This document shows, piece after piece, positions 51,360 to 63,769 of a stretch of 64,000 nucleotides of DNA. The translations under genes were made by a program, and so were the position numbers. The stretch is from assembly GCA_964016885.1 (NCBI GenBank), contig OZ024752.1, forward strand, positions 13,454,001-13,518,000, in the 5' to 3' direction. How positions within the stretch are numbered: position 1 is the first letter of the stretch; every line of letters begins with the position of its first letter. The stretch is from Eledone cirrhosa (taxonomy: Eukaryota). Below the pieces are notes generated by a model. That model was given only the letters and a program-made list of their open reading frames with translations. It ran no database searches and was not told the origin of the DNA.

Positions 51360-52138
51360 ACTAACAGAAAAACCATCCTAGGGTAGTTTTCTGCTAGCAT
51401 GTGTAGTGTGTATATTGATATTATATATGTAGATATGATACATCAAATAAAATCGTAATTGACAATATACACAGAAATTGAACGAAGTCTATGTTACACT
51501 GTCTTCTGTAATCAATAAAGTAATCGATGATACATTTAAGAAAAGACGATATTATATATAAACTGCATTAGGAGAAAATTAGCGACGGAAATATATGCGA
51601 TGTTTTTATAAGTTTTATAATATAACTGTTTCTACTTTAGGCACAAGGCCAGCAATTACCCAGTACATTACTGGTACTTTATTTTATCGATCTCGTAAGG
51701 ATGAAAGGCAAAGTCAACCTCGGTGGGATTTGAACTCAGATCGTAAAGGGACGTAACTATGCTGGAAAGCAAGGTGTCCGACCCTCTACCGATACTGCCA
51801 ATCCACCAGTTTTATAATATAACGGCCGCTAACCGGAAGTGTTGACATTTGAAAATTTTAAAGAAGTGAATCTTTAAATAAAAGCTATAAAATATATTTA
51901 ATCAACAGCCATGAACTGTTGTATTTAGTGTACACAGAGGGGGGTTAGCTGGTGTATCTATGGGTACTCATTTCCTGAGAGCTAAAACTGGTGCCTTATG
52001 TCCCATTTGTACTAAGAATTGTTATATCACAATTGTTTTAAATATGTTAAAAATCAAAAACTTACAGGAGCGATTCCATAACACTCTATCCACCACATGC
52101 GTCTTCTTCTTCTTCTTCTTCTTCTTCTTCTTCTTCTT

Positions 52139-52212
<74 letters not shown>

Positions 52213-52870
52213 GGGGTCAATAAAATAAAGCACCAGTAATGCACTGGTGTTGATTTAATCGACTCCCCGCCCCCCAAAAATTGCTAGCCTTATACCTAAA
52301 GTAGAAACAATTAGTGTCACTATCAGAAAAACCACCCGAAGGGTGTTTTTTCTGATAGCGTTAGTAGTGTACATATTGATATTATACGCAAATATATAAA
52401 TGCATGTAGATATGATATGTCAAATAAAATCGTAATTGACAATATCTACAGAGATTGAAACTGTCTTCTGTAATCAATAAAGTAATCGATGATACATTTA
52501 AGAAAAGACGATATTATATATAAACTGCATTAGGAGAAAATTAGCGACGGAAATATATGCGATGTTTTTATAAGTTTTATAATATAACTGTTTCTACTTT
52601 AGGCACAAGGCCAGCAATTACCCAGTACATTACTGGTACTTTATTTTATCGATCTCGTAAGGATGAAAGGCAAAGTCAACCTCGGTGGGATTTGAACTCA
52701 GATCGTAAAGGGATGTAACTATGCTGGAAAGCATGGTATCCGACCCTCTACCGATACTGCCAATCCACCAGTTTTATAATATAACGGCCGCTAACCGGAA
52801 GTGTTGACATTTGAAAATTTTAAACAAGTGAATCTTTAAATAAGCAATAAAATTATTTATATTTAATCAA
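51360..52870 (+). repeat. Two direct copies (offset 962 bp) of that repeat, each carrying the same SINE insertion
   Basis: SINEs at 51627-51807 and 52589-52769 (minus) are each flanked by the 16-bp TSD agttttataatataac. Confidence 0.88.
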
Positions 52871-53438
52871 GATAAATTATGTAATATTTATTCATTATTT
52901 ATTCAAAGTAATCCAACTTTTTTTATAAACGGGATAAAAAAATATATTCTGGAAGCAGTCTCGCACTCCTTTCTTTATTATAGTTAAGATTATAGAAATG
53001 ACTTCTACAGGAAGGACTAGAACTGTTTCATTCGTAAGACACCATGATAAAAGTACTTTCCTGAGTATTTCTTACGAATGAAACAGTTGTAATCCTGTAC
53101 AAGTGATTTCTATGAAAGAATAAATATGCCTATATTCTTCCAATGTACTGACTACCATTTTTAACAGTGGTCACCTCCCTATATACAGTGGTCACCTCCC
53201 TATATACATATATAAAATATATATTTATATATATATAGTAATAATAATAAATGTGAAGACTAAAATCCAAAGAGGGCTCGATAAGGATAAATATATATCA
53301 AATATAAAAGAACCCTAGAGCAAATATTTATTAAAATAACAGATTAAAAGTTTAAGCAAAGAATCGCTGCTTTCACCCTTAACGGATCTTCTGAATCTTT
53401 GCTTAATCTTTAATCTGTTATTTTAATATATATATATA

Positions 53439-53476
<38 letters not shown>

Positions 53477-53563
53477 CAAAGGAATTGTGGTAAGGAACCA
53501 GATGGACCATAACGCACCAGAGTACTCAATACTTAGGGTAGTAGAGTGGGAAATAGGAAAGAA

Positions 53564-53673
53564 AGTATGACCCCGACGGCAGAGCTCAAGCCGTTTCGAC
53601 GGCTATTTCTGGACTCAATTTAGTCCAGAAATATCCGCCGAAACGGCTTGAGCTCTGCCGTCGGGGTCATACT
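53564..53673. repeat. Hairpin within a (TA)n-flanked insert
   Basis: agtatgaccccgacggcagagctcaagccgtttcg..cgaaacggcttgagctctgccgtcggggtcatact. A related stub lies at 54888-54925. Confidence 0.85.
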
Positions 53674-53753
53674 ATTTTCTATAAATATATATATATATAT
53701 ATATAAAGCGGAAAATGCGAAGTTGCAGATGTTAGGGTCCTTTATTAATTGAC

Positions 53754-53802
53754 CCGTTATACATATTTCAATGACAATCGATATCGAGATTTCTTCAGAC
53801 AC
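53754..53802 (-). ncRNA. Hammerhead ribozyme (inverted copy, weaker stem I)
   Basis: Mirror of 53935-53985 with an intact core. Confidence 0.65.
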
Positions 53803-53934
53803 CAAAAATTGATTAAAAGGTAACATTTGAGGCAATTTTGGGTGGAAGGAAACGGACTAAAAAAAAAGTGTACTTTTAGTCCGTTCCCTTCCGCCCCAAA
53901 TTGCCTCAGAAATGTTACCTTTTAATCAATTTTT

Positions 53935-53985
53935 GCTGTCTGAAGAAATCTCGAAATCGATCGTCATTGAAATATGTATAACGGC
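53935..53985 (+). ncRNA. Type I hammerhead ribozyme
   Basis: gctgt CTGAAGA aat..att GAAA tatgta TA acggc. Confidence 0.8.
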
Positions 53986-54007
53986 TCATTTTCCTCTATA
54001 TATATAT

Positions 54008-54560
54008 ACTACCTGGCGCCCGGCTATATATACCGGCATTTTATCTTTTCCTACCCCCCCCCCCCCCCATCTCTACCGCACGCCCTCTTAAGTCAGCGAG
54101 GCCCTACTCGCTGACTTGAGGGGTGTTAACGAGCTCTGATGTTGGGGTTGAATAGTTTTTAGGATTCCCCAGTTCAGCAGCCAGTACGTTAAAGAAAATT
54201 GATAGTTACAACAATAAAGGCTGAACAGAGAACACATTTTTTAACAAACTTTACAATAATTTGTACAACCATAATGGAAATTTCAAGTAACAGAAAATAC
54301 ATAAATTACATTGTTAGAGCCTTAGAGTATACAATATATTTTGTTCGGCCCTCGGGAGCAAAGATGAAGAGATTTTTTGGCGAGCTCACCCTAGAGCATC
54401 CTACATACAATTGACCATGGTAGAAGCATGGTTTTCCCAGATGAAGGCCAGCTACTTTTAGGGTTTGACCCCGAGCTTTCTTGATGGTAATCACGAAGCT
54501 TAGTCTCTCTTGCTCTAGTAACATTTTTTCTTCTGGAAAATCTGATCTTGCGGCCAGGCT
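54008..54560 (-). mobile_element. Helitron 3' fragment (PIF1-like helicase C-terminus plus terminal hairpin)
   Basis: SFVITIKKARGQTL..GLHL..CFYHGQLYVGCSRV..TKYIVY at 54306-54510. The minus-strand end reads ccggtatatatagccgggcgccagGTAG. Confidence 0.85.
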
Positions 54561-54686
54561 AGGACTTTTGGGTGGCATATCAGCAGTAACAATGACGATA
54601 AGCCGTCTGTGCTTTCGTGAAATAAATACGTTTGCTTATATTTTGTTTTTGTGTATGGTATGCAAAAATATCTGTACCCGAATATA

Positions 54687-54739
<53 letters not shown>

Positions 54740-55531
54740 CAGATTAAAGTTTAAGCAAAGAATCGCTGCTTTCACTCTGCCGTTCTTGTTTTAGGAAGTA
54801 ATATGACGTTGTGTGCTAGAAGTGAATTGCATACTTTTATACCGAATATATACACACACATATACATATATATATATGAAAGATTCAGGACCCCGATGGC
54901 TGAGCCCCGACCGTTTCGACAGCTAGATCCGAACTATATATATATATATAGTTTTAGGAGAGTGTTGTTTATCTTGTTATGTTGTAATTTTCTGAGGATA
55001 AGCAGGCCCTCGCGATCCGAAGCACTTCACGTCAGTACTTTATCCCAGGTAGGTGATAAAGAGTGACGGAGTATTCACTTATCCACTTATCAAATAATGT
55101 TTAAGACGGGATTAAACCAGCATAATTGTTTATTGCATTATATATATTTCTGTTACATGAATAACCATGTAAGAGAAATGTGTAGTATACCTGCAGATGT
55201 ATATTATTTTTATTTGTGGATTGTGTTTAGTCCTTGTATGTAAACACTGTAAAATAAGATCTTTAAAAATGCATGGTTTGAAACCTTTATCATCAAAATC
55301 CGGTTCTACGTCCTCAGATATAGCAGGTTCATCATCTACTTTCGGGTCCGATGGTGTGGTTGGAATAAGTGGGGTCTTGGAATATGCCGGGGAGTTTGAA
55401 CAATCGGGGTGTGGGGGAGGGTTGGAAAATCGGTAATTTTTTTAGGTTTGACTCCGTTGATTTTTTTAAAAAATACAACACCAGAATTTGTCATTTAGTT
55501 TACTCATTGAGACCCCAACCTATCCTATTTG

Positions 55532-55700
55532 CCATATTTCCTGACGCCGAAGAGGCTTTCGGCCTCGAGGACGCACCCTAATTTTGACAACCAAAAATTT
55601 GAAAAAAAATAATAAACAATTTTCGGCCTCCAGGACGCATGGTAGATTTTTGAGACTTATTTTAGGGAATAAGTAGCGTCTTCGTTGCCGGGAAATACGG
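55532..55700. mobile_element. Tc2/pogo-like MITE (empty copy)
   Basis: TIR ccatatttcctgac..aagaggc / gcgtctt..gccgggaaatacgg-TA. Confidence 0.75.
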
Positions 55701-55931
55701 TATTTTATAACGTATGGGATTTCTAGTAATGTGATTTTTTTTTTTTGTAATGTGTAATGTTTTTTAATGTCCAAAGAAAATTGATTGTCGCAAGAATGCT
55801 ACCACTTAAAATAAAATTTTGCTGGATAGATTAGCAAAATTTAATAAGAGGGCTGAGCGTGGTGTGGAGGTGGAAAAATCTGAAAAATTAATAGACGGCA
55901 GGGGGCTACGATTATTCGAGGCCGGAGAGTA

Positions 55932-56430
55932 TGATAATAATTACACCTATTTGATAATAATTACACCTGTCTGATTATAATTACACTGTCTGATTATAAT
56001 TACACCTGTCTGATTATAATTACACTGTCTGATAATAATTACACTGTCTGATTATAATTGCACCTGTCTGATTATAATTACACCTGTCTGATTATAATTA
56101 CACCTGTCTGATTATAATTACACTTGTCTGATTATAATTACACTGTCTGATTATAATTACACTATCTGATAATAATTACACTGTCTGATTATAATTACAC
56201 TATCTGATAATAATTACACTGTCTGATTATAATTGCTCCTGTCTGATTATAATTACACCTGTTTGATAATAATTACACCTGTCTGATTATAATTACACCT
56301 GTCTGGTAATAATTACACCTCTTTGATCATAATTACACCTATTTGGTAATAATTACACCTATTTGATAATAATTACACCTGTCTGATTATAATTATACCT
56401 GTCTGATTATAATTACACCTGTCTGATAAT
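55932..56430. repeat. 20-21 bp minisatellite (ctgtctgattataattacac[c]), about 24 units
   Basis: Direct reading. Confidence 0.95.
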
Positions 56431-56849
56431 CAGCACGCTTCATGTGCTTCGCAAGGAAATCTTTGTTTGGGGGAAGTCTTGCCTAGCGACATGTCTTACA
56501 TTGTGACCTAGTGACGTTCACATCTAATTCTTTTACCTGATTATACACCTGACATATAGACGGCTCTGCTCCAAACAAGAAACCATATCGTCAGATGAGA
56601 CGAAGGATTATCAAGCTTTCGGAAAGCATGGTTATAACGCTAAGTAACTGAATAGGTTTGATTTATCCATTTCCAAATACTCCACTTACAGAATTGCAGC
56701 TGGTGAATGTATTAATGGAATCCAACCAATGATGAGATTATATGTCTACTACTCAGACACTTCATGTCAAGAATGTGATTAATGAAAAGAAAAAGTGCCA
56801 TAAATTCACACAATGTGCCACAAATTTCTGTTCACATCCTATGTTGATA

Positions 56850-57030
56850 ATTGTTTCTATTTTAGGCACAAGGCCTACAATTACCCAGTACATTACTGGT
56901 ACTTTATTTTATCGACCCCGTAAGGATGAAAGGCAAAGTTAACCTCGGCCGGATTTGAACTCAGATCGTAAAGGGACGTAACTATGCTGGAAAGCATGTC
57001 CGACCCTCTACCGATACTGCCAATTCACCG
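56850..57030 (-). mobile_element. SINE family A (short variant)
   Basis: Reverse consensus match. The flanking catcctatgttgataat is duplicated as a TSD. Confidence 0.9.
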
Positions 57031-57104
57031 CCCTTCATCCTATGTTGATAATGAACACATTAGTGTTTATATTGATTATAACCAGAGCTGGAGGAACATA
57101 TGTA

Positions 57105-57669
57105 CCGTATTTCCCGGCGCCGAAGACGCTTCGTCCTCGAGGACACACCCGAATTTTGACAACCAAAAATTTGGAAAAAAATAATTGTTTCTACTTTTGG
57201 CACAAGGCCAGCAATTACTCCAGTACATTACTGGTACTTTATTTTATCGACCCCGTAAGGATAAAAGGCAAAGTTGACCTCGCTGGGATTTGAATTCAGA
57301 CCGTAAAAGATCGCAACTCTATGCTGCAAAGCATGGCGTCCGGCCCTCTACTGATACTGCCAATCCACCGCTCTGGAAAAAAATAATTGTTTCTACTTTT
57401 GGCACAAGGCCAGGAATTATTCCAGTGCATTACTGGTACTTTATTTCATCGACCCCGTAAGGATGAAAGGCAAAGTTAACCTCAATGGGATTTGAACTCA
57501 GGCCATAAAGGGCCGTAACTCTTTGCTGCAAAACATAGCATCCGACTCGCTACCGATACTGCCAATCCACTGGAAAAAAATAATAAACAACCTTCTGCCT
57601 TCAGGACGCATAGTAGATTTTTGAGACTATTTTAGGAAAAAAGTAGCGTCTTGATGCCGGGAAATACGG
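57105..57669. mobile_element. Tc2/pogo-like MITE with two SINEs nested at one site
   Basis: TA-ccgtatttcccggc..gccgggaaatacgg-TA. SINEs at ~57186-57372 and ~57388-57570 (minus) are separated by three copies of tggaaaaaa(a)taat. Confidence 0.85.
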
Positions 57670-57959
57670 TATATATTGACTAACGAGGGTGTTCCTAAGA
57701 ATATATTCTACAACGCAAAAATAACCGCGTGTTTGTTTCTCCATGACTACGATGGAATATCGTTAAAAGTATTTCCTTCACTAATTCACGCTTTCCTAAA
57801 CGTGACTGAACTCTTTCCTATCTCTAACCACACTACTCCATACTTGTTCATATTTGCTGAGTATTTCGTCCAAGCATCATAAAGATACTCCACAGATGAT
57901 TCTTTATTTTTGCCTGCAGTCAAGAACTTCATTAGATTCGTTACTTGGCTAGGTTTTGA

Positions 57960-58450
57960 GTACCTTCTTTAATAAGAAAAAGAGAGACACATTAAATCAT
58001 GAAGACCCGGGAAACCTCCCTAACAAGTGCTTGAAATCATGTAAACAATTTTGGGAATGAATGAAGACCCTTCACGAGAATAACTTTGATCTGAAGGAAG
58101 AATGGCGAAGATCATGCAATGAGTCTAAATTTGCCAACCAGGACCTCATCCAGGACCCCACATCTAAACCAGTCGGCTTTTACCTTCCCAGAAAGCAATG
58201 GGTGTCCCTTAATCGGACCCGCATAACACATGCCAGGACAACCCATCATCTCCATCGATGGAAAATAATAGACAGCCCAGCATGTGACTGGAGGGATCCT
58301 AGCCAGACAGTACTGGATGTTGTTCGGGATTGCCTCCTCAGATGTTTTCCTGGTGGCCTAGAAGTTATCCATAATGGTGCAAATAACGCCTTGGTCTGGC
58401 TCTCCGGCCACTACCTGCCTCTCTAGCTACTGTTAATGTCATACTACAAG
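57960..58450 (+). mobile_element. 3' fragment of an Ingi/Vingi-like LINE
   Basis: GFYLPRKQWVSLNRTR..HLHRWKIIDSPACD..QTV..VVRDCLLRCFPGG, a degenerate CCHC region. The clade call is from memory. Confidence 0.6.
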
Positions 58451-58613
58451 AAGATGTAGTCTTAGATACACTATTCCTGAAAAACTGGATGCAAATGGTG
58501 CAAATAACGCCTTGGTCTGGCTCTCCGGCCACAACCTGCCTCTCTAGCTACTGTTAATGTCATACTACAAGAAGATGTAGTCTTAGATACACTATTCCTG
58601 AAAAACTGGATGC
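58374..58613 (+). repeat. Near-identical ~122-bp tandem duplication
   Basis: atggtgcaaataacgcc..aaaactggatgca occurs twice. Confidence 0.92.
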
Positions 58614-59037
58614 AGCATGGCCGAATGATTAAGGTGTTCGCTTCGCAATAATTTGCTCGTGGGTTCAATCCCACTACGTGATATTTTGGGCAAGTGTCAT
58701 TTACTAGAGCTTCGAGTCGACTCGTGCCTTATAAATTATTGGGTCGTCAGGTATGAAATTTGTGGAAAAAATACAAATTTCTACAAATTCCATACCTGAC
58801 GACATAATAAATTGGTTTGAGGAAAACAGTTCTAAAGCCGATCATTTAATTAACTGTACCAGTAATTCAAACGGGAGAGCCTTGTCATATACTCTCACGC
58901 TGAATCTCCCCGAGAATTTCACGTGCTGGCCGTTCCGTGATCGAACAATATGAACACTCACCGTTGAAACCGATGGAAGTCCACTCCATTCCATTCTTGA
59001 ACATTAGACGAAGTGGTTATAGCTAGAATGTCTGATC

Positions 59038-60080
59038 ATCGGTAGAGGGTCGGGCGCCATGCTTTGCAGCAAAGAGTTACGGCCCTTTATGAACTGAGTT
59101 CAAATCCTGCCGAGGTTAACTTTTCCTTTCATCCTTACGAGGTCGATAAAATAAAGTACCAGTCACGCACTGGGGTCGATTTCATCGACATTTACCTCCC
59201 CCAAAATTGCTGGCCTTGTGCCTATATAAGAAACCATAATTAATCAAAACAATAACATCAACAACAATAACAATAACAACAACAATAACAACAACAACAA
59301 TGCCAACAACAACAACACCGACAACAACAACAACAACATCAATACCAACAAAAAGAAGAAAAAAACAACAAATATAAAAAATTCTAGTAAAAGTATCCAG
59401 ATTTTTTTGCTTTATATTATTATTGTTACTATAAGGGCGGTGGATTGGTAGAAATCGGTAGAGCGTCGGACATGTATTGTGGTATAGGGTTACGTCCATT
59501 TTCGTTCCGAGTTCAAACCCCACCGAGTTTAACTTTGCCTTTCATCATTACGGGGTCGATAAAATAAAGTACCAGTAATGCATTGGGGTCGATTTAATCA
59601 ATTTTCTCTTCCCCCCAAAATTGTTGGCCTTGTGCCTAAATCAGAAACTAAAAAGCAGTGGATTACCCGGTTGAAAGTCGGGTAACATGTTTCTCGTCAT
59701 AGTTATGAGCCTTTACGTTCTGGGTTCAAATCCTGCCGAGATTACCTTTGCCTTTCATCCTTACGGGGTCGATAAAATCAAGCACCAGTAATGTACTGGG
59801 ATCGATTAAATTGACTTCCCCTTCCCACCCCCCAAAAAATTGTTGAAATCAGAAACCATTATTTTTTGCGAGGCGATGGATTGGTAGTATCGGTGGAGCG
59901 CCAGACGCCATGCTTTGCAGCATAGAGTTACGCTCCTTTACGATCTGAGTTCAAATCCCGCTGAGGTTAAATTTGCCTTTCATCCTTACGGGACTCGATA
60001 AAATAAAGTACCAGTAATGCACTGGAATAACTGCCTGTACAATAAACCCAGTACATTACTTGTGCCAAAAATAGAAACAA
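59038..60080 (+). mobile_element. Cluster of four same-orientation SINE family A copies
   Basis: Copies at ~59038-59240, 59435-59650, 59655-59860 and 59870-60080. Confidence 0.9.
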
Positions 60081-60199
60081 TAATTGTTTGTTACTATATT
60101 AAAGGAGTCATGTGTTGTCTTTGTGCGTGCGTGGATGATGAGGCGCAGGTTCAATTATCATAGTTTCAGAGTTATATATGTATCTCTATAATAATTAAT

Positions 60200-63100
60200 T
60201 TCCGGTTTTGAGTGAGAAGGGTTCGTCATATTCTGAATGTCTCAGTTTTCATGCGACAGCAGAATCAACTTCCGGTTTTGAAAGTCGGAAGGGTTCGTCA
60301 TATTCTGAATGTCTCAGTTTTCATGCGACAGCAGAATCAACTTCCGGTTTTGAAAGTCGGAAGGGTTCGTCATATTCTGAATGTCTCAGTTTTCATGCGA
60401 CAGCAGAATCAACTTCCGGTTTTGAAAGTCGGAAGGGTTCGTCATATTCTGAATGTCTCAGTTTTCATGCGACAGCAGAATCAACTTCCGGTTTTGAAAG
60501 TCGGAAGGGTTCGTCATATTCTGAATGTCTCAGTCTTCATGCGACAGCAGAATCAACTTCCGGTTTTGAAAGTCGGAAGGGTTCGTCATATTCTGAATGT
60601 CTCAGTTTTCATGCGACAGCAGAATCAACTTCCGGTTTTGAGTGAGAAGGGTTCGTCATATTCTGAATGTCTCAGTTTTCATGCGACAGCAGAATCAACT
60701 TCCGGTTTTGAGTGAGAAGGGTTCGTCATGTTCTGAATGTCTCAGTTTTCATGCGACAGCAGAATCAACTTCCGGTTTTGAAAGTCGGAAGGGTTCGTCA
60801 TATTCTGAATGTCTCAGCTTTCATGCGACAGCAGAATCAACTTCCGGTTTTGAAAGTCGGAAGGGTTCGTCATATTCTGAATGTCTCAGCTTTCATGCGA
60901 CAGCAGAATCAACTTCCGGTTTTGAAAGTCGGAAGGGTTCGTCATATTCTGAATGTCTCAGTTTTCATGCGACAGCAGAATCAACTTCCGGTTTTGAGTG
61001 AGAAGGGTTCGTTATATTCTGAATGTCTCAGTTTTCATGCGACAGCAGAATCAACTTCCGGTTTTGAGTGAGAAGGGTTCGTCATATTCTGAATGTCTCA
61101 GTTTTCATGCGACAGCAGAATCAACTTCCGGTTTTGAAAGTCGGAAGGGTTCGTCATATTCTGAATGTCTCAGCTTTCATGCGACAGCAGAATCAACTTC
61201 CGGTTTTGAAAGTCGGAAGGGTTCGTCATATTCTGAATGTCTCAGCTTTCATGCGACAGCAGAATCAACTTCCGGTTTTGAAAGTCGGAAGGGTTCGTCA
61301 TATTCTGAATGTCTCAGCTTTCATGCGACAGCAGAATCAACTTCCGGTTTTGAGTGAGAAGGGTTCGTCATATTCTGAATGTCTCAGTTTTCATGCGACA
61401 GCAGAATCAACTTCCGGTTTTGAAAGTCGGAAGGGTTCGTCATATTCTGAATGTCTCAGCTTTCATGCGACAGCAGAATCAACTTCCGGTTTTGAAAGTC
61501 GGAAGGGTTCGTCATATTCTGAATGTCTCAGCTTTCATGCGACAGCAGAATCAACTTCCGGTTTTGAAAGTCGGAAGGGTTCGTCATATTCTGAATGTCT
61601 CAGTTTTCATGCGACAGCAGAATCAACTTCCGGTTTTGAGTGAGAAGGGTTCGTCATATTCTGAATGTCTCAGTTTTCATGCGACAGCAGAATCAACTTC
61701 CTGTTTTGAAAGTCGGAAGGGTTCGTCATATTCTGAATGTCTCAGCTTTCATGCGACAGCAGAATCAACTTCCGGTTTTGAAAGTCGGAAGGGTTCGTCA
61801 TATTCTGAATGTCTCAGCTTTCATGCGACAGCAGAATCAACTTCCGGTTTTGAAAGTCGGAAGGGTTCGTCAAATTCTGAATGTCTCAGCTTTCATGCGA
61901 CAGCAGAATCAACTTCCGGTTTTGAAAGTCGGAAGGGTTCGTCATATTCTGAATGTCTCAGTTTTCATGCGACAGCAGAATCAACTTCCGGTTTTGAAAG
62001 TCGGAAGGGTTCGTCAAATTCTGAATGTCTCAGTTTTCGTGCGACAGCAGAATCAACTTCCGGTTTTGAAAGTCGGAAGGGTTCGTCAAATTCTGAATGT
62101 CTCAGTTTTCGTGCGACAGCAGGATCAACTCCCGGTTTTGAAAGTCGGAAGGGTTCGTCATATTCTGAATGTCTCAGCTTTCATGCGACAGCAGAATCAA
62201 CTTCCGGTTTTGAAAGTCGGAAGGGTTCGTCATATTCTGAATGTCTCAGCTTTCATGCGACAGCAGAATCAACTTCCGGTTTTGAAAGTCGGAAGGGTTC
62301 GTCATATTCTGAATGTCTCAGTTTTCATGCGACAGCAGAATCAACTTCCGGTTTTGAAAGTCGGAAGGGTTCGTCATATTCTGAATGTCTCAGTTTTCGT
62401 GCGACAGCAGAATCAACTTCCGGTTTTGAAAGTCGGAAGGGTTCGTCATATTCTGAATGTCTCAGCTTTCATGCGACAGCAGAATCAACTTCCGGTTTTG
62501 AAAGTCGGAAGGGTTCGTCATATTCTGAATGTCTCAGCTTTCATGCGACAGCAGAATCAACATCCGGTTTTGAAAGTCGGAAGGGTTCGTCATATTCTGA
62601 ATGTCTCAGTTTTCATGCGACAGCAGAATCAACTTCCGGTTTTGAAAGTCGGAAGGGTTCGTCATATTCTGAATGTCTCAGTTTTCATGCGACAGCAGAA
62701 TCAACTTCCGGTTTTGAAAGTCGGAAGGGTTCGTCATATTCTGAATGTCTCAGTTTTCATGCGACAGCAGGATCAACTTCCGGTTTTGAAAGTCGGAAGG
62801 GTTCGTCATATTCTGAATGTCTCAGTTTTCATGCGACAGCAGAATCAACTTCCGGTTTTAAAAGTCGGAAGGGTTCGTCAAATTCTAAATGTCTCAGTTT
62901 TCGTGCGACAGCAGAATCAACTTCCGGTTTTGAAATCGGAAGGGTTCGTCATATTCTGAATGTCTCAGTTTTCATGCGACAGCAGGATCAACTTCCGGTT
63001 TTGAAAGTCGGAAGGGTTCGTCATATTCTGAATGTCTCAGTTTTCATGCGACAGCAGAATCAACTTCCGGTTTTGAAAGTCGGAAGGGTTCGTCAAATTC

Positions 63101-63576
63101 TAAATGTCTCAGTTTTCGTGCGACAGCAGAATCAACTTCCGGTTTTGAAAGTCGGAAGGGTTCGTCAAATTCTGAATGTCTCAGTTTTCGTGCGACAACA
63201 GAATCAACTTCCGGTTTTGAAAGTCGGAAGGGTTCGTCAAATTCTGAATGTCTCAGTTTTCATGCGACAGCAGAATCAACTTCCGGTTTTGAAAGTCGGA
63301 AGGGTTCGTCAAATTCTGAATGTCTCAGTTTTCGTGCGACAGCAGAATCAACTTCCGGTTTTGAAAGTCGGAAGGGTTCGTCATATTCTGAATGTCTCAG
63401 TTTTCATGCGACAGCAGAATCAACTTCCGGTTTTGAAAGTCGGAAGGGTTCGTTATATTCTGAATGTTTTCAGTTTTCATGCGACAGCAGAATCAACTTC
63501 CGGTTTCGAAAGTCGGAAGGGTTCGTCATATTCTGAATGTCTCAGTTTTCATGCGACAGCAGAATCAACTTCCGGT
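60200..63576. repeat. 72-bp satellite array (~47 units) with a 70-bp variant
   Basis: Unit gaagggttcgtcatattctgaatgtctcagttttcatgcgacagcagaatcaacttccggttttgaaagtcg. Confidence 0.98.
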
Positions 63577-63769
63577 ACGTAACAACACAAGTGTGTGAAT
63601 CTCACTGTTTCTATAATTGCTTCAAAGTTAACCTTTTTTTTTCTATTTTCTATTCGTTTTTCTATTTTCTATTTTTCGTTTTTCTATTCTTTTGTTAATT
63701 CTAATACTTTCTAAGTTTACACTACAACAAGGATAACGTCACCTCTTCTGAAGATGTCTCTAGATATTA

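Larger units (their letters stand above)
53754..53985. mobile_element. Fold-back insert with a hammerhead in each arm
   Basis: Arms 53754-53862 / 53874-53984, lying between (TA)n tracts. Confidence 0.82.

Noticed and set aside
54992-55105. CTGAGGA-taag..ctta-t-CAAA-taatg-TT
   Set aside because: GAAA box mutated and stem I unconvincing; at best a dead relic.
55932-56430. CRISPR-like appearance of short repeats
   Set aside because: No unique spacers, and the context is eukaryotic; it is a minisatellite.
60208-63582. Up to 742-aa repetitive ORFs; possible CRISPR array or repeat protein
   Set aside because: Head-to-tail 72/70-bp satellite without spacers. The ORFs switch frame at variant units and start at non-ATG codons.
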